Of a stretch of DNA of 64,000 nt, positions 22,236-30,593 are shown in pieces; position 1 is the first letter of the stretch; each line of letters opens with the position of its first letter. Position numbers and translations under genes: made by a program. The notes beneath the pieces are model-generated. The model saw nothing but the letters and a program-made list of their open reading frames with translations. It was not told where the DNA came from and made no database searches. Where the stretch lies: NCBI GenBank assembly GCA_019163375.1, contig JAFLKK010000001.1:294638-358637 (forward strand). The letters run 5' to 3'. The stretch is from Paludibacter sp. GTDB taxonomy: Bacteria; Bacteroidota; Bacteroidia; Bacteroidales; Paludibacteraceae.

Positions 22236-23276
22236 ATGAAAAAACGCATATTGTTGGGTATGAGTGGCGGCACCGATAGTTCGGTTGCTGCCATTCTTTT
22301 ATTGGAACAGGGCTATGATGTAGTAGGCATCACTTTTCGTTTTTGGGAAGAGGGTGAGAATAATCATTTGCAGGATGCCATACGGTTGGCCGCGCAACTT
22401 GGAATTGAGCATATCACTTATGATGCTCTCGATGTTTTTCGGGCAAACGTGGTGCAATATTTTATGGATGAGTATCTTGCCGGTCGCACACCCTTTCCTT
22501 GTGTGAAATGTAATAATGAGCTGAAATGGAAGCTGATATTGGAGGAAGCGGATCGACTCGGTTGCGACAAAGTGGCTATGGGTCATTATGTGAATATCAT
22601 AGAGGAGAATGGGCACTATTTTGTGACTGAAGGTAAAGATCCGGATAAAGATCAATCGTTCTTTCTTTGGGGATTGACGCAAGCGCAACTTTCGCGCATT
22701 GTTTTTCCACTGGGTCAATTCCATAAAACCGAGGTTCGCGCCATGGCTGCCAGTCGAGGATATAAAAAAGTATCGGAGAAAAGAGATAGTCTGGGAGCGT
22801 GCTTTTGCTCGGGTGATTATCGTCCATTTTTGAAAAGACAACTCGCAGAGCCGGAAAAATATATTTATCCAGGTCATTTTTTGGATGAAGAAGGAAATGT
22901 GCTGGGTAGCCATGACGGTTTTCCGCTTTACACGGTGGGGCAACGACGTGGATTGATGCATTTGAACCGAAAAGTGTTTGTAAAAGAAATTCGCCCCGAA
23001 ACGAATGAAGTAGTGTTGGCTCCGCTGAAAAGCATGTACAAGTCCGAATTTATTATCAGAGATGTAAATGTGGTCGACGCTTCGCTTTTTAGCGCAGAGT
23101 TTGATATTTATTGCCGGATTCGTTACCGCAAACAAAATACATTGTGCCGTGTCATTTTTCTGGAGAACAGAACTGCCAGGGTTGAACTTGCCGAACCGCT
23201 CGAATCCATTGCACCCGGACAAACGGCTGTGTTTTATAGAAATGGACGGATATTGGGAGGAGGGTTTATCAGTTGA
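22236..23276 (+). CDS. mnmA: tRNA 2-thiouridine(34) synthase
   Basis: 346 aa with the PP-loop SGGTDSSVAA and conserved catalytic-Cys regions (FPCVKCN, GACFC). Confidence 0.93.
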   Translation: MKKRILLGMSGGTDSSVAAILLLEQGYDVVGITFRFWEEGENNHLQDAIRLAAQLGIEHITYDALDVFRANVVQYFMDEYLAGRTPFPCVKCNNELKWKLILEEADRLGCDKVAMGHYVNIIEENGHYFVTEGKDPDKDQSFFLWGLTQAQLSRIVFPLGQFHKTEVRAMAASRGYKKVSEKRDSLGACFCSGDYRPFLKRQLAEPEKYIYPGHFLDEEGNVLGSHDGFPLYTVGQRRGLMHLNRKVFVKEIRPETNEVVLAPLKSMYKSEFIIRDVNVVDASLFSAEFDIYCRIRYRKQNTLCRVIFLENRTARVELAEPLESIAPGQTAVFYRNGRILGGGFIS

Positions 23277-23353
23277 CAGTGAACAGTTATCAGTGAACAG
23301 TTATTTAGCAACTAATATCACGAAGTAATTACCGCTTACCTCTTACCGCTATA
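23270..23353. repeat. heptanucleotide-periodic tract (CAGTTGA CAGTGAA CAGTTAT CAGTGAA CAGTTAT ... CGCTTAC CTCTTAC CGCTATA)
   Basis: 12 consecutive 7-nt units spanning the mnmA stop and the 3' end of the hlyIII gene. 23284-23300 is the exact reverse complement of 30726-30742. Confidence 0.7.
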
Positions 23354-23993
23354 TTTGGATTTTCCAAATAGCCACAAAATGGCAAATGCTTCCGCCAAGT
23401 ACAAACAAATGAAAGATGGCGTGGGTGTACTGAATTTTTTTGAAAGAGTATAATACAGCGCCAACCGTGTAAGACAATCCGCCGGCAATAAGCCAATAGA
23501 GTACAGGCATGGAATTGGTGGCACCTAGCGAATCGATCAATGGTTTGAAAGCGATAACCACGACCCAGCCCATGGCCACATAGCAAATCGTTTCGAGTTT
23601 ACTCCCTTTTTTGAGGTTCATAAAGCTCAACGAAATTCCAAAAACGGCTGCCGCCCAGATAATTCCAAATAACGACCAGCCCCAGCTTCCATTTTCGCGG
23701 AGTACCACCAGTGTAAAAGGCGTGTAGCTTCCTGCAATCTGCACATAGATGGCTGCATGGTCGAACTTGCGACGTATTGCTTTCGTTTTTTGATTTTTTT
23801 CGGCGTGATAAAGCGTTGATGAAAGGTACATGAGCACCATGGAGATGACAAAAACAATGTCGCTGGCTATTGCCCACGGGTTTTGCGATGCGATGGCTTT
23901 TTGTAGCAGGAAAGCTCCGGCTATGATTCCGAACCCAACCCCGATGGCGTGTGAGTAGGTGTTGTATCTTTCTTCTTTGGCTGAATAATTCAT
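23349..23993 (-). CDS. hemolysin III / PAQR family channel protein
   Basis: 214 aa, 7 TM. YSHAIGVGFG...HAAIYVQIAGSYTPF...HLFVLGGSICHF. Confidence 0.88.
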   Translation of the reverse strand: MNYSAKEERYNTYSHAIGVGFGIIAGAFLLQKAIASQNPWAIASDIVFVISMVLMYLSSTLYHAEKNQKTKAIRRKFDHAAIYVQIAGSYTPFTLVVLRENGSWGWSLFGIIWAAAVFGISLSFMNLKKGSKLETICYVAMGWVVVIAFKPLIDSLGATNSMPVLYWLIAGGLSYTVGAVLYSFKKIQYTHAIFHLFVLGGSICHFVAIWKIQI

Positions 23994-24015
23994 AGATGTA
24001 ATAAATGGTTAGCGA

Positions 24016-24483
24016 TTAATGATTAATAGAGCGAAGTGCTTTTTCTATCACATTGTTTTCGAATCCGCGACTTTGAGCGAAGCGGAATAACTTGCCTTGT
24101 TTCTCGTATTCAAATTCGTACTTCAATCCAACCAGTTTTGTTTTCAGGATAGAGGCCAGCAATTCCTCGTATTCACCATCGTCGATGGTGTTTAATGCTT
24201 CTGAAATCAAAGCATTATCTATTCCTTTCCCTTTGAGGGCAAAGGATATTTTAATTTTACCCCATTTGTTGAAACGGAATTTGTCTTTTACAAAGAAGAT
24301 GCAAAAGCGTTTTTCGTTGATAAAATCTTCTGCTATCAGACGTTTGATAATGGTCGATTTATCGTCGCAACCTACGCACCAAGCATCTAATTTGGTTTCG
24401 ACTTCCGATACGCAATGTTCGGAAATAGAGCAATAGGAAGCTGCTTTGTGCAACAATTCCTCTAAAGAATATTCCTTTTTCAT
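24016..24483 (-). CDS. recX: regulatory protein RecX
   Basis: 155 aa with helical repeats. AASYCSISEHC...DFINEKRF...FALKGKGI pattern typical of Bacteroidota RecX. Confidence 0.7.
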   Translation of the reverse strand: MKKEYSLEELLHKAASYCSISEHCVSEVETKLDAWCVGCDDKSTIIKRLIAEDFINEKRFCIFFVKDKFRFNKWGKIKISFALKGKGIDNALISEALNTIDDGEYEELLASILKTKLVGLKYEFEYEKQGKLFRFAQSRGFENNVIEKALRSINH

Positions 24484-24584
24484 GTTTTTTGAAAATAAGG
24501 GTAAGCAGTGATTTTTTTTTGAAAGGACAAATGTAACTATTTTTCTTGTTTTAAGAATGAATTAAAATACATTTTTACTTCAAT

Positions 24585-24616
24585 AAAAAAGAGACGCAGC
24601 CTGTGCGTCTCTTTTA
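24585..24616. terminator. bidirectional terminator after the DUF4349 gene
   Basis: A6-GAGACGCA-GCCTG-TGCGTCTC-T4, immediately beyond the stop at 24619. Confidence 0.8.
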
Positions 24617-24618
24617 GA

Positions 24619-25566
24619 TTATTTAGATTGTTGTTTTCTCAGTCTACGTTTTCTAAACCATTTGCGGATGAGGAAATATAATGCGGTTACAATAATCAGG
24701 AATGGCCACATGCCGAATAACCATAAAATAAAATCAACCATTCCAAACCAGCCTTCAACAATAGATTCTTTCCATTTTTCCCAGAAACTATCGCGTTTTA
24801 CAGGTTTGTAGGTGAAATCTTTTTCTGTTGAGATGGTGAGGTTCAAGGTGCTGTAATCAACACAATCGTTCAAAAAACGCAATCTGCCTTCCGAACTTTC
24901 AATTTCTTCCTGTAACACGCGGATGGCTTGTTCAATCTCAACAATATCTTTAACCGAGCTTGCTTTTTTCATAATTTCATTGTAACGTGCCAATGAATTT
25001 CGTTTACTTGCAAGTCGGGTTTGTAAATCAACAAACTCTTCCGTCACATCCCGAGCGGTAATTTCTTTGAAAAGCACTTTGACGCCGCCGTTTTCTGCCG
25101 ACGAAATAAATTTCTCGAAGCTGATGACCGGGATGCGTATGGTTAGTTGATAGCCCGATGATTGATCTGAATTTTGCAGATTCTCACTGGCGTAGTAGCC
25201 GCCAATACTTTTTACCAATGAATCGATATGTTGTTTTGCTTTTTCAACGTTTTTTACCTGCAATCCAAGTCTGCCATCCTTGATGATTTTTTTCTTGATA
25301 ACCTGCGGAGTTGGTTTTTTAGGTTCTTCGCTTTGTGGACTTGGAGAAGACTCATCTACGGTGGATTCTACGTCCGCAAAATCTACGGCGCCTTGTTCTG
25401 AATTACGCACATCTGCAACAGAAATAGCTACGTCATTTTTTACTTCTGCTTTACTTAATGAAGACATTGCCATAACTTCAGAGTTTGCAGGTGCCTGTTC
25501 GGAGGCTTTTGGTTCGCAAGAATATACTAATGCGGCGAGCGAAAATAGGTAAATAATTTTTTTCAT
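24619..25566 (-). CDS. DUF4349-like lipoprotein with C-terminal TM anchor
   Basis: 315 aa. Signal plus lipobox (LVYSC), a low-complexity linker, a coiled-coil-like core, and C-terminal TM helices. Last gene of the TonB_C/rSAM operon (11-nt gap). Confidence 0.6.
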   Translation of the reverse strand: MKKIIYLFSLAALVYSCEPKASEQAPANSEVMAMSSLSKAEVKNDVAISVADVRNSEQGAVDFADVESTVDESSPSPQSEEPKKPTPQVIKKKIIKDGRLGLQVKNVEKAKQHIDSLVKSIGGYYASENLQNSDQSSGYQLTIRIPVISFEKFISSAENGGVKVLFKEITARDVTEEFVDLQTRLASKRNSLARYNEIMKKASSVKDIVEIEQAIRVLQEEIESSEGRLRFLNDCVDYSTLNLTISTEKDFTYKPVKRDSFWEKWKESIVEGWFGMVDFILWLFGMWPFLIIVTALYFLIRKWFRKRRLRKQQSK

Positions 25567-25577
25567 ATTGATGTGTA

Positions 25578-26591
25578 TTAAACTGTTGGTATGTAGTTGA
25601 TAATCGGGTCTTCTTTAGCTAAAGTGCCAAAACACTGTTCGGATGCTGCCCGGCAACCGCCTTTGCACACCGACCAGTGGGAGCAGGGTTTGCATAGATC
25701 AGGCACGGAGGTCTCCCATTGGGTGGTATAGTCGGAGTAAAGAATTTCTTCCAACTCCTTTTGGTAGATATTGCCGGCCACTACGGGTGAGTGATTACAC
25801 AAGCGTATATTACCGTTTATATCCAGTGTTATTGGGCGTTTAAGTACGTCGAACGAACAATGTCCGAAACCGATAAGCGGATAGTCGGCCGGATTGAGTA
25901 AACAAATGGGTGAGCAAACGTTGGCGGTAAGGCGGAGGTCCAGCTCCATTGCTTTGTCGTTGGCAACCGCAAAAGCACTGCGCAATTCTGCAGCTGTAGC
26001 CGAAACTTCCATGGGATTGGCACAGCCTTTTCCACCGATATTATAACGGTTGAGCATGATGCGTTTGCAACCCAGCGAGTTTATAAATTCGAGCGTTTCG
26101 CCTAATTGATTTACATTATGCCGGGTAATAACCACTACCGGAACCACGCTTCCGCCAAGTTGCAGCACTTCGCGGGTGGAGGTGACTGACTTTTGCCAAC
26201 TGCCTGGCACTTGCACCATGCGGTCGTGAATATCGGCTTGCGCTGAATGGATAGGAAATTCGAACAATCCCACGCCGAGTTTAATGAGCTGCTTGTAATC
26301 CTTGGCTTTGCCCTGCGTACCGTTGCTGATAAGGGTCACCTGCTTGCCTTCCATGCGACAAAACAGTATCACTTCCGCAAAACGCTCCGACAGAAAGGGC
26401 TCACCACCCGTGAATGCTACGTATTGAATATCAGCAACACTAAAAAGTTTTTTAAGCGTCTCTATCGCTTTGGTGTACGAATTAAACGGAACCCGTTCCA
26501 CGGCATCCGTTTTCCATATATTATAACAATATACACAATCGAGGTTGCAGCGGTCGGTGGTTTCAAAAGCGATATGTTGGAGGTTAAGCAT
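25578..26591 (-). CDS. radical SAM enzyme with C-terminal SPASM domain (peptide/protein-modifying type)
   Basis: 337 aa. CNLDCVYC (CxxxCxxC), GGEPF, and a Cys-rich C-terminus CSPIC...CSFD...CNHSP...CKPCSHWSVCKGGCRA. Confidence 0.9.
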   Translation of the reverse strand: MLNLQHIAFETTDRCNLDCVYCYNIWKTDAVERVPFNSYTKAIETLKKLFSVADIQYVAFTGGEPFLSERFAEVILFCRMEGKQVTLISNGTQGKAKDYKQLIKLGVGLFEFPIHSAQADIHDRMVQVPGSWQKSVTSTREVLQLGGSVVPVVVITRHNVNQLGETLEFINSLGCKRIMLNRYNIGGKGCANPMEVSATAAELRSAFAVANDKAMELDLRLTANVCSPICLLNPADYPLIGFGHCSFDVLKRPITLDINGNIRLCNHSPVVAGNIYQKELEEILYSDYTTQWETSVPDLCKPCSHWSVCKGGCRAASEQCFGTLAKEDPIINYIPTV

Positions 26592-26597
26592 ATGTAT

Positions 26598-27296
26598 TTA
26601 TTCTTGTGTTCTGAAAATTATGGGCAATGTATATCGAACGCGAACTGCCTGCCCATTTTGCTTGCCGGGACTAAATTTAGGCATAGCTTTAATTGCTTTG
26701 ACAGCTATAGAATCTAATATTGGATCCAGACTTCGATATATTGTAATGTCTGAAATAGAACCATCTTTATTGACAATAAACCCACAAATAACTTTGCCAT
26801 TGATGTTTGAAAGACTTTCGTTGCTTGGGTATTTAATGTGTCTTTCGAGAAAATTCATTAATTCAGTTTCGCCTCCAGTAAACTGTGGTATTTGGTCAAC
26901 TGTTTCATAAATAGAATTGTCATCCACTATCTCTACTGAGTCTTGTAGGATAACTTCCGTGTCGTAGCAAGTGACCATAGGTTCTACAAAGTGAATGATG
27001 GAATGGTTACTTTTCGATTGTTTTATAGTATCACTTTTTGCAGAAGCTTTTTCTTTAATACTAACTTTAGAAGACTTCGAAACCAATTCAGTTGAATCAG
27101 TTCTTCTAGTTGCATTTGAACTTGTTTGTTGATTATCCGCTTTTTTATTACAACTCGTTAGCCCCAGCCCTAAAATCAATGACCCCAACAGCAATTTCGG
27201 ACGAACAAATACCCGCCACCCACCGGTTTTGTCGGCCAAATAGGCGAATAGTTGGAACAGCACATTAAATGTGTGGAGTTTTATTTTTCTGGACAT
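26598..27296 (-). CDS. TonB C-terminal-domain protein, paralog 4 of the tandem array
   Basis: 232 aa. Shared N-terminal module MSRKIKLHTFNVLFQLFAYLADKTGGWRVFVRPKLLLGSLI, lipobox-like GLTSC, VTCYD motif, and a TonB_C-like end (GKVICGFIV...RSLDP...PGKQNGQAVRVRYTLPIIF). Confidence 0.85.
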   Translation of the reverse strand: MSRKIKLHTFNVLFQLFAYLADKTGGWRVFVRPKLLLGSLILGLGLTSCNKKADNQQTSSNATRRTDSTELVSKSSKVSIKEKASAKSDTIKQSKSNHSIIHFVEPMVTCYDTEVILQDSVEIVDDNSIYETVDQIPQFTGGETELMNFLERHIKYPSNESLSNINGKVICGFIVNKDGSISDITIYRSLDPILDSIAVKAIKAMPKFSPGKQNGQAVRVRYTLPIIFRTQE

Positions 27297-27298
27297 AA

Positions 27299-27865
27299 TT
27301 ATTTCTTTGGGAGTTTAAAGATAACTGGTAGGGTGTATCTGACATTTACCTTTTTTCCATCCTGTTTGCCGGGAATCCACTTAGGCAAAAGTTTTACAAC
27401 TCGTATTGCTTCTTTATCACAAGCTGGTTCGAGTGAGCGTAACACGCTCACATCCCTAATTACACCTGTGCTATCTATAACTATACTTAAGGAAACTTTT
27501 CCTTCAATTTTTTTTTCTATAGCTTTTTCGGGATATTTAATATTTTTCGATAAAAATGTCATTAATTCTCCATCGCCACCCGGGTAATATGCTATTGGAT
27601 CAATAACATAACACCAGATGTTGTCTTTATCTTCATCTGATTGAATGGAGTCTTTTGTATCTTGAGTTTTGTTGATACTCGTTGATTTTTCAGTTTCTTT
27701 GTTCTCTGTCTTTGTTCCACAACTCGTCAATCCCAATCCTACAATCAACGACCCCAATAGCAATTTCGGACGTACAAACACTCGCCATCCTCCGGTTTTG
27801 TCGGCCAGATAGGCGAATAGTTGGAACAGCACATTAAATGTGTGGAGTTTTATTTTTCTGGACAT
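27299..27865 (-). CDS. TonB C-terminal-domain protein, paralog 3
   Basis: 188 aa. Same N-terminal module, GLTSC, IWCYV, and TonB_C motif (YPGGDGELMTFL...EGKVSLSIVIDSTGV...RSLEPACDKEAIRVVKLLPKWIPG). Confidence 0.85.
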   Translation of the reverse strand: MSRKIKLHTFNVLFQLFAYLADKTGGWRVFVRPKLLLGSLIVGLGLTSCGTKTENKETEKSTSINKTQDTKDSIQSDEDKDNIWCYVIDPIAYYPGGDGELMTFLSKNIKYPEKAIEKKIEGKVSLSIVIDSTGVIRDVSVLRSLEPACDKEAIRVVKLLPKWIPGKQDGKKVNVRYTLPVIFKLPKK

Positions 27866-27867
27866 GA

Positions 27868-28443
27868 TTATTCCTTTGGAAGTTTAAATTTTAAGGGTAG
27901 AGTGTATCTCACATTTGTTTTCTTTTTGTTCAGATAATCATATCCGGGAATCCATCTGGGCAAAAGTTTCACAACTCTTATTGCTTCTTTATCGCAAGCC
28001 GGTCCGAGTGACCGTAATACACTCACATCCCTCACTACACCAGTACTATCTATAACAAAGCCTAAGATTACTTTTCCTTCAATTTTTTTCTTGATAGCTT
28101 CTTTTGGATATTTTAAATTTTTGGATATAAATGCCATTAATGCTGCATCGCCGTCGGGGTAAGTTGGCATTTGCTCGGTAACATAGCACCAAACATTTTC
28201 ATCTGTTTTTTTTGATTGTGTAGTGTCTTTGTTGTTTAGTGTCTTGTCATCGTTGGACGTTTTCTTGTTTGATGGATTTTGTGCCACCGCTTGTTCGGAG
28301 CTCATGAGTCCCCAGCCCATAATGAGTGACCCAAGCAGCAACTTGGGACGTACAAATACACGCCATCCACCGGTTTTGTCGGCCAGATAGGCGAATAGTT
28401 GAAAGAGTACATTGAACGTGTGGAGTTTTATTTTTCTTGACAT
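27868..28443 (-). CDS. TonB C-terminal-domain protein, paralog 2
   Basis: 191 aa. Same N-terminal module, VWCYV, and TonB_C motif; roughly 75 percent identical to paralog 3 by eye over the C-terminal domain. Confidence 0.85.
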   Translation of the reverse strand: MSRKIKLHTFNVLFQLFAYLADKTGGWRVFVRPKLLLGSLIMGWGLMSSEQAVAQNPSNKKTSNDDKTLNNKDTTQSKKTDENVWCYVTEQMPTYPDGDAALMAFISKNLKYPKEAIKKKIEGKVILGFVIDSTGVVRDVSVLRSLGPACDKEAIRVVKLLPRWIPGYDYLNKKKTNVRYTLPLKFKLPKE

Positions 28444-28447
28444 GACA

Positions 28448-29056
28448 TTAAGGTTTAAAGATGACGGGGACAGTGTAATAAACCTTCACAACCCGACCAT
28501 TTAGCTTGCCGGGAATAAATTTTGGTAGTAATTTTAGGACTCTTATTGCTTCTTTGTCGCACGTAGGGTCTAACGATCGGAGAATAGTAAAATTGTTTAA
28601 ACTTCCATCTGTATCAACTATAAACCGGCAAATCACTTTTCCTCCAATACCATTGTAGCATTGAACTATAGGTTGTGGAGTAATGTTTTTATGGATAAAT
28701 GCTATCATAGCACTATCTCCACCAGGATACTGTGGCATTTGTTCAACCACATCAAAAATAATATTGGCAGTATCTATAGGCTCAGTTACTCTTTCATAAC
28801 ATGTAACAATTGGTTCATTGTGTATAACTAATGGTCCGTCAAATTTAAATGAAGTTTTTTTTAAACCACTAGACCCTTTTTTTAATTGAGTTTGAGCATT
28901 TATTGGCATGCTGCTTGCCAATCCTAGCCCAACTATCAATGAACCCAACAGCAATTTTGGACGTACAAACACCCGCCATCCACCGGTTCTGTCGGCCAGA
29001 TATGCGAATAGTCGAAAGAGCGCATTGAATGTGTGGAATTTGATTTTACTTGACAT
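28448..29056 (-). CDS. TonB C-terminal-domain protein, paralog 1 (promoter-proximal)
   Basis: 202 aa. N-terminal module MSSKIKFHTFNALFRLFAYLADRTGGWRVFVRPKLLLGSLI, VTCYE, and TonB_C motif (RSLDPTCDKEAIRVLKLLPKFIPG). Confidence 0.85.
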   Translation of the reverse strand: MSSKIKFHTFNALFRLFAYLADRTGGWRVFVRPKLLLGSLIVGLGLASSMPINAQTQLKKGSSGLKKTSFKFDGPLVIHNEPIVTCYERVTEPIDTANIIFDVVEQMPQYPGGDSAMIAFIHKNITPQPIVQCYNGIGGKVICRFIVDTDGSLNNFTILRSLDPTCDKEAIRVLKLLPKFIPGKLNGRVVKVYYTVPVIFKP

Positions 29057-29079
29057 AGTTCATAGATTTTAAGATTGGA

Positions 29080-29087
29080 CAAATATA
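29080..29087 (-). promoter_or_regulatory. -7 promoter box (CAAATATA = reverse complement of TATATTTG) for the TonB_C/rSAM operon
   Basis: TAnnTTTG match on the - strand, 24 nt upstream of the ATG at 29056. Confidence 0.5.
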
Positions 29088-29348
29088 GTAATTTATTGAT
29101 TATATTAACAACAAATAATATATTTATTTTCATTTTGTTTATACTGTTGATAACTTTTAGTGAGAACTATTGCATATTTAATATTGACTCGATATGTTTC
29201 GTGTGAAAATAGATGAATGGTTGATAATTAAGGCATACGTCTATGAATACCTCGAAGGAATAATGGAAATTAGGAGTTTGTAATGGGTGTGTTTAACGGG
29301 TTTTAAATAAAAAATCAATAAAAATAACAAACATAGATTACTAATTCA

Positions 29349-29621
29349 GTCAGAAACCTTGGTAAAACCGTCAGTCTGCTCGGTAAAACTGTCAGACCGC
29401 TTCGTAAAACTGTCAGACCGCTCGGTAAAACCGTCAGAACTCTCGGTAAAATTGTTTATTTGCTTAGTAAAACTGTCTGAGCGTTCGGTAATTTTGTTAT
29501 ATTCCTTCGTAAAACTGTCAGAAGCCGGGGTAAAACTGTCAGACCGCTCGGTAAAACCGTCAGAAACCTTGGTAAAACTGTCAGAACTCTTCGTAAAATT
29601 GTCTTGTAGCTTCGTAAAGTT
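29349..29621. repeat. 13 tandem copies of a 21-bp unit (consensus GTCAGAnnnnnnnGTAAAACY)
   Basis: Units delimited by hand at 29349, 29370, 29391 and so on to 29601. A conserved ~14-nt core GTAAAAC(T/C)GTCAGA alternates with a ~7-nt variable part. Units 4 and 10 are identical, as are units 1 and 11 apart from the last base. Confidence 0.95.
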
Positions 29622-29709
29622 GGAATGGAGCTGGGTGACTTTTTAATCACAGGGGGTAAGCGCAACTCAAAAGCTCAGCCCCGAAGGGGTTGAATATCTC
29701 GATTAGATA

Positions 29710-30576
29710 CTATTTTCTATTCACCAAATAAATCCCCACCAACACCACTACTGCCCCCGCCATTTCTTGCAGCGTAAGCATTTCGCCAAGAATAGGAACC
29801 GAGAAAATAGCTGTGAAAACGGTTTGGCTCAGCAAACTTACCGACGCCACCGTTGGGCGGATATGTCCCAGTGCCTGATTGATGGCCAGCCAACCAAGTA
29901 GTTGTGGTATGAAACCCAATGTACCCAATGCCAACCATGTTTGGGTGCTAAAACCCCAGAGTGGGGTAGAAGTGAAGAGGCAAATCAGACCCAGTAATAC
30001 CGTGCTCGAAATCATGGATATGGTGGTGAATGAAAAGGTGTCGAGCGAGTTTCGGCCTTTGCGCACGGTGAGCAGGTAGGCGCCGTAGAACATGCTGGCA
30101 AAAATGGCCAGCGCATTGCCAAAGTTCAGATGTGCTTCCAATATCTGATTTACACCAATAATAATGGTTACCCCTAAAATGGAAATAATGGTGCCTATCC
30201 AGAAAATTCTGGTGGGTTTCTCTTTCATAAAAAGGAGCGCACCAATGCCCACCCACACCGGAGCCAGATTGGCCAAAAGGGTAGAGATAGACGCTTTTGA
30301 AAGCATGATGGAGCTGTTCCACAACGCAATGTCGCAGGCAAAAAGCAGTCCGCAGATAATGGCTACTTTTACCCCTTTTATGTCGGTAATGGGCTTTTTG
30401 AAATAGAGCCACACGGGAATGATACCAATGGTCCCGAACAACATGCGATAAAATCCTGACCCAAATCCACTAATCCCGGCCAGTTTTACCAATATTGCCG
30501 ACCACGAGATGCATAGCACACCAAACAGTAATAAAAGGTAATGAATCCAAGGGTGGTTTTTATGCATTTTAATCAT
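29710..30576 (-). CDS. EamA/DMT-family transporter
   Basis: Ten predicted TM segments in two EamA-like halves. The track ORF extends to 30678 only by translating the heptamer repeat (SFVFCLL x3), so ATG 30576 or 30567 is preferred. Confidence 0.85.
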   Translation of the reverse strand: MIKMHKNHPWIHYLLLLFGVLCISWSAILVKLAGISGFGSGFYRMLFGTIGIIPVWLYFKKPITDIKGVKVAIICGLLFACDIALWNSSIMLSKASISTLLANLAPVWVGIGALLFMKEKPTRIFWIGTIISILGVTIIIGVNQILEAHLNFGNALAIFASMFYGAYLLTVRKGRNSLDTFSFTTISMISSTVLLGLICLFTSTPLWGFSTQTWLALGTLGFIPQLLGWLAINQALGHIRPTVASVSLLSQTVFTAIFSVPILGEMLTLQEMAGAVVVLVGIYLVNRK

Positions 30577-30593
30577 AATAGTGGGTAGATAAG

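Noticed and set aside
22299-23222. 307-aa ORF antisense to mnmA
   Set aside because: It lies fully inside mnmA, which has unambiguous PP-loop and catalytic motifs. The antisense product is low-complexity with no motifs. The same reasoning rejects 19150-19527 (in phoH), 31688-32155 (in ribD), 33649-34038 (in cls), 29948-30412 (in EamA), 45423-45866 (in the helicase) and 57486-58007 (in the HTCS).
29359-29665. ORFs 29359-29646 (+, heptad VKLSDRS) and 29456-29665 (-, heptad LTVLPxx) as protein genes, or the 21-bp array as a CRISPR
   Set aside because: Both ORFs are mere translations of the 21-bp repeat, and three or more frames are open simply because the unit lacks stops. The + ORF needs a TTG start. 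The units are contiguous without spacers and there are no cas genes, so this is not a CRISPR. Kept as a repeat finding, with coding as the minor alternative.
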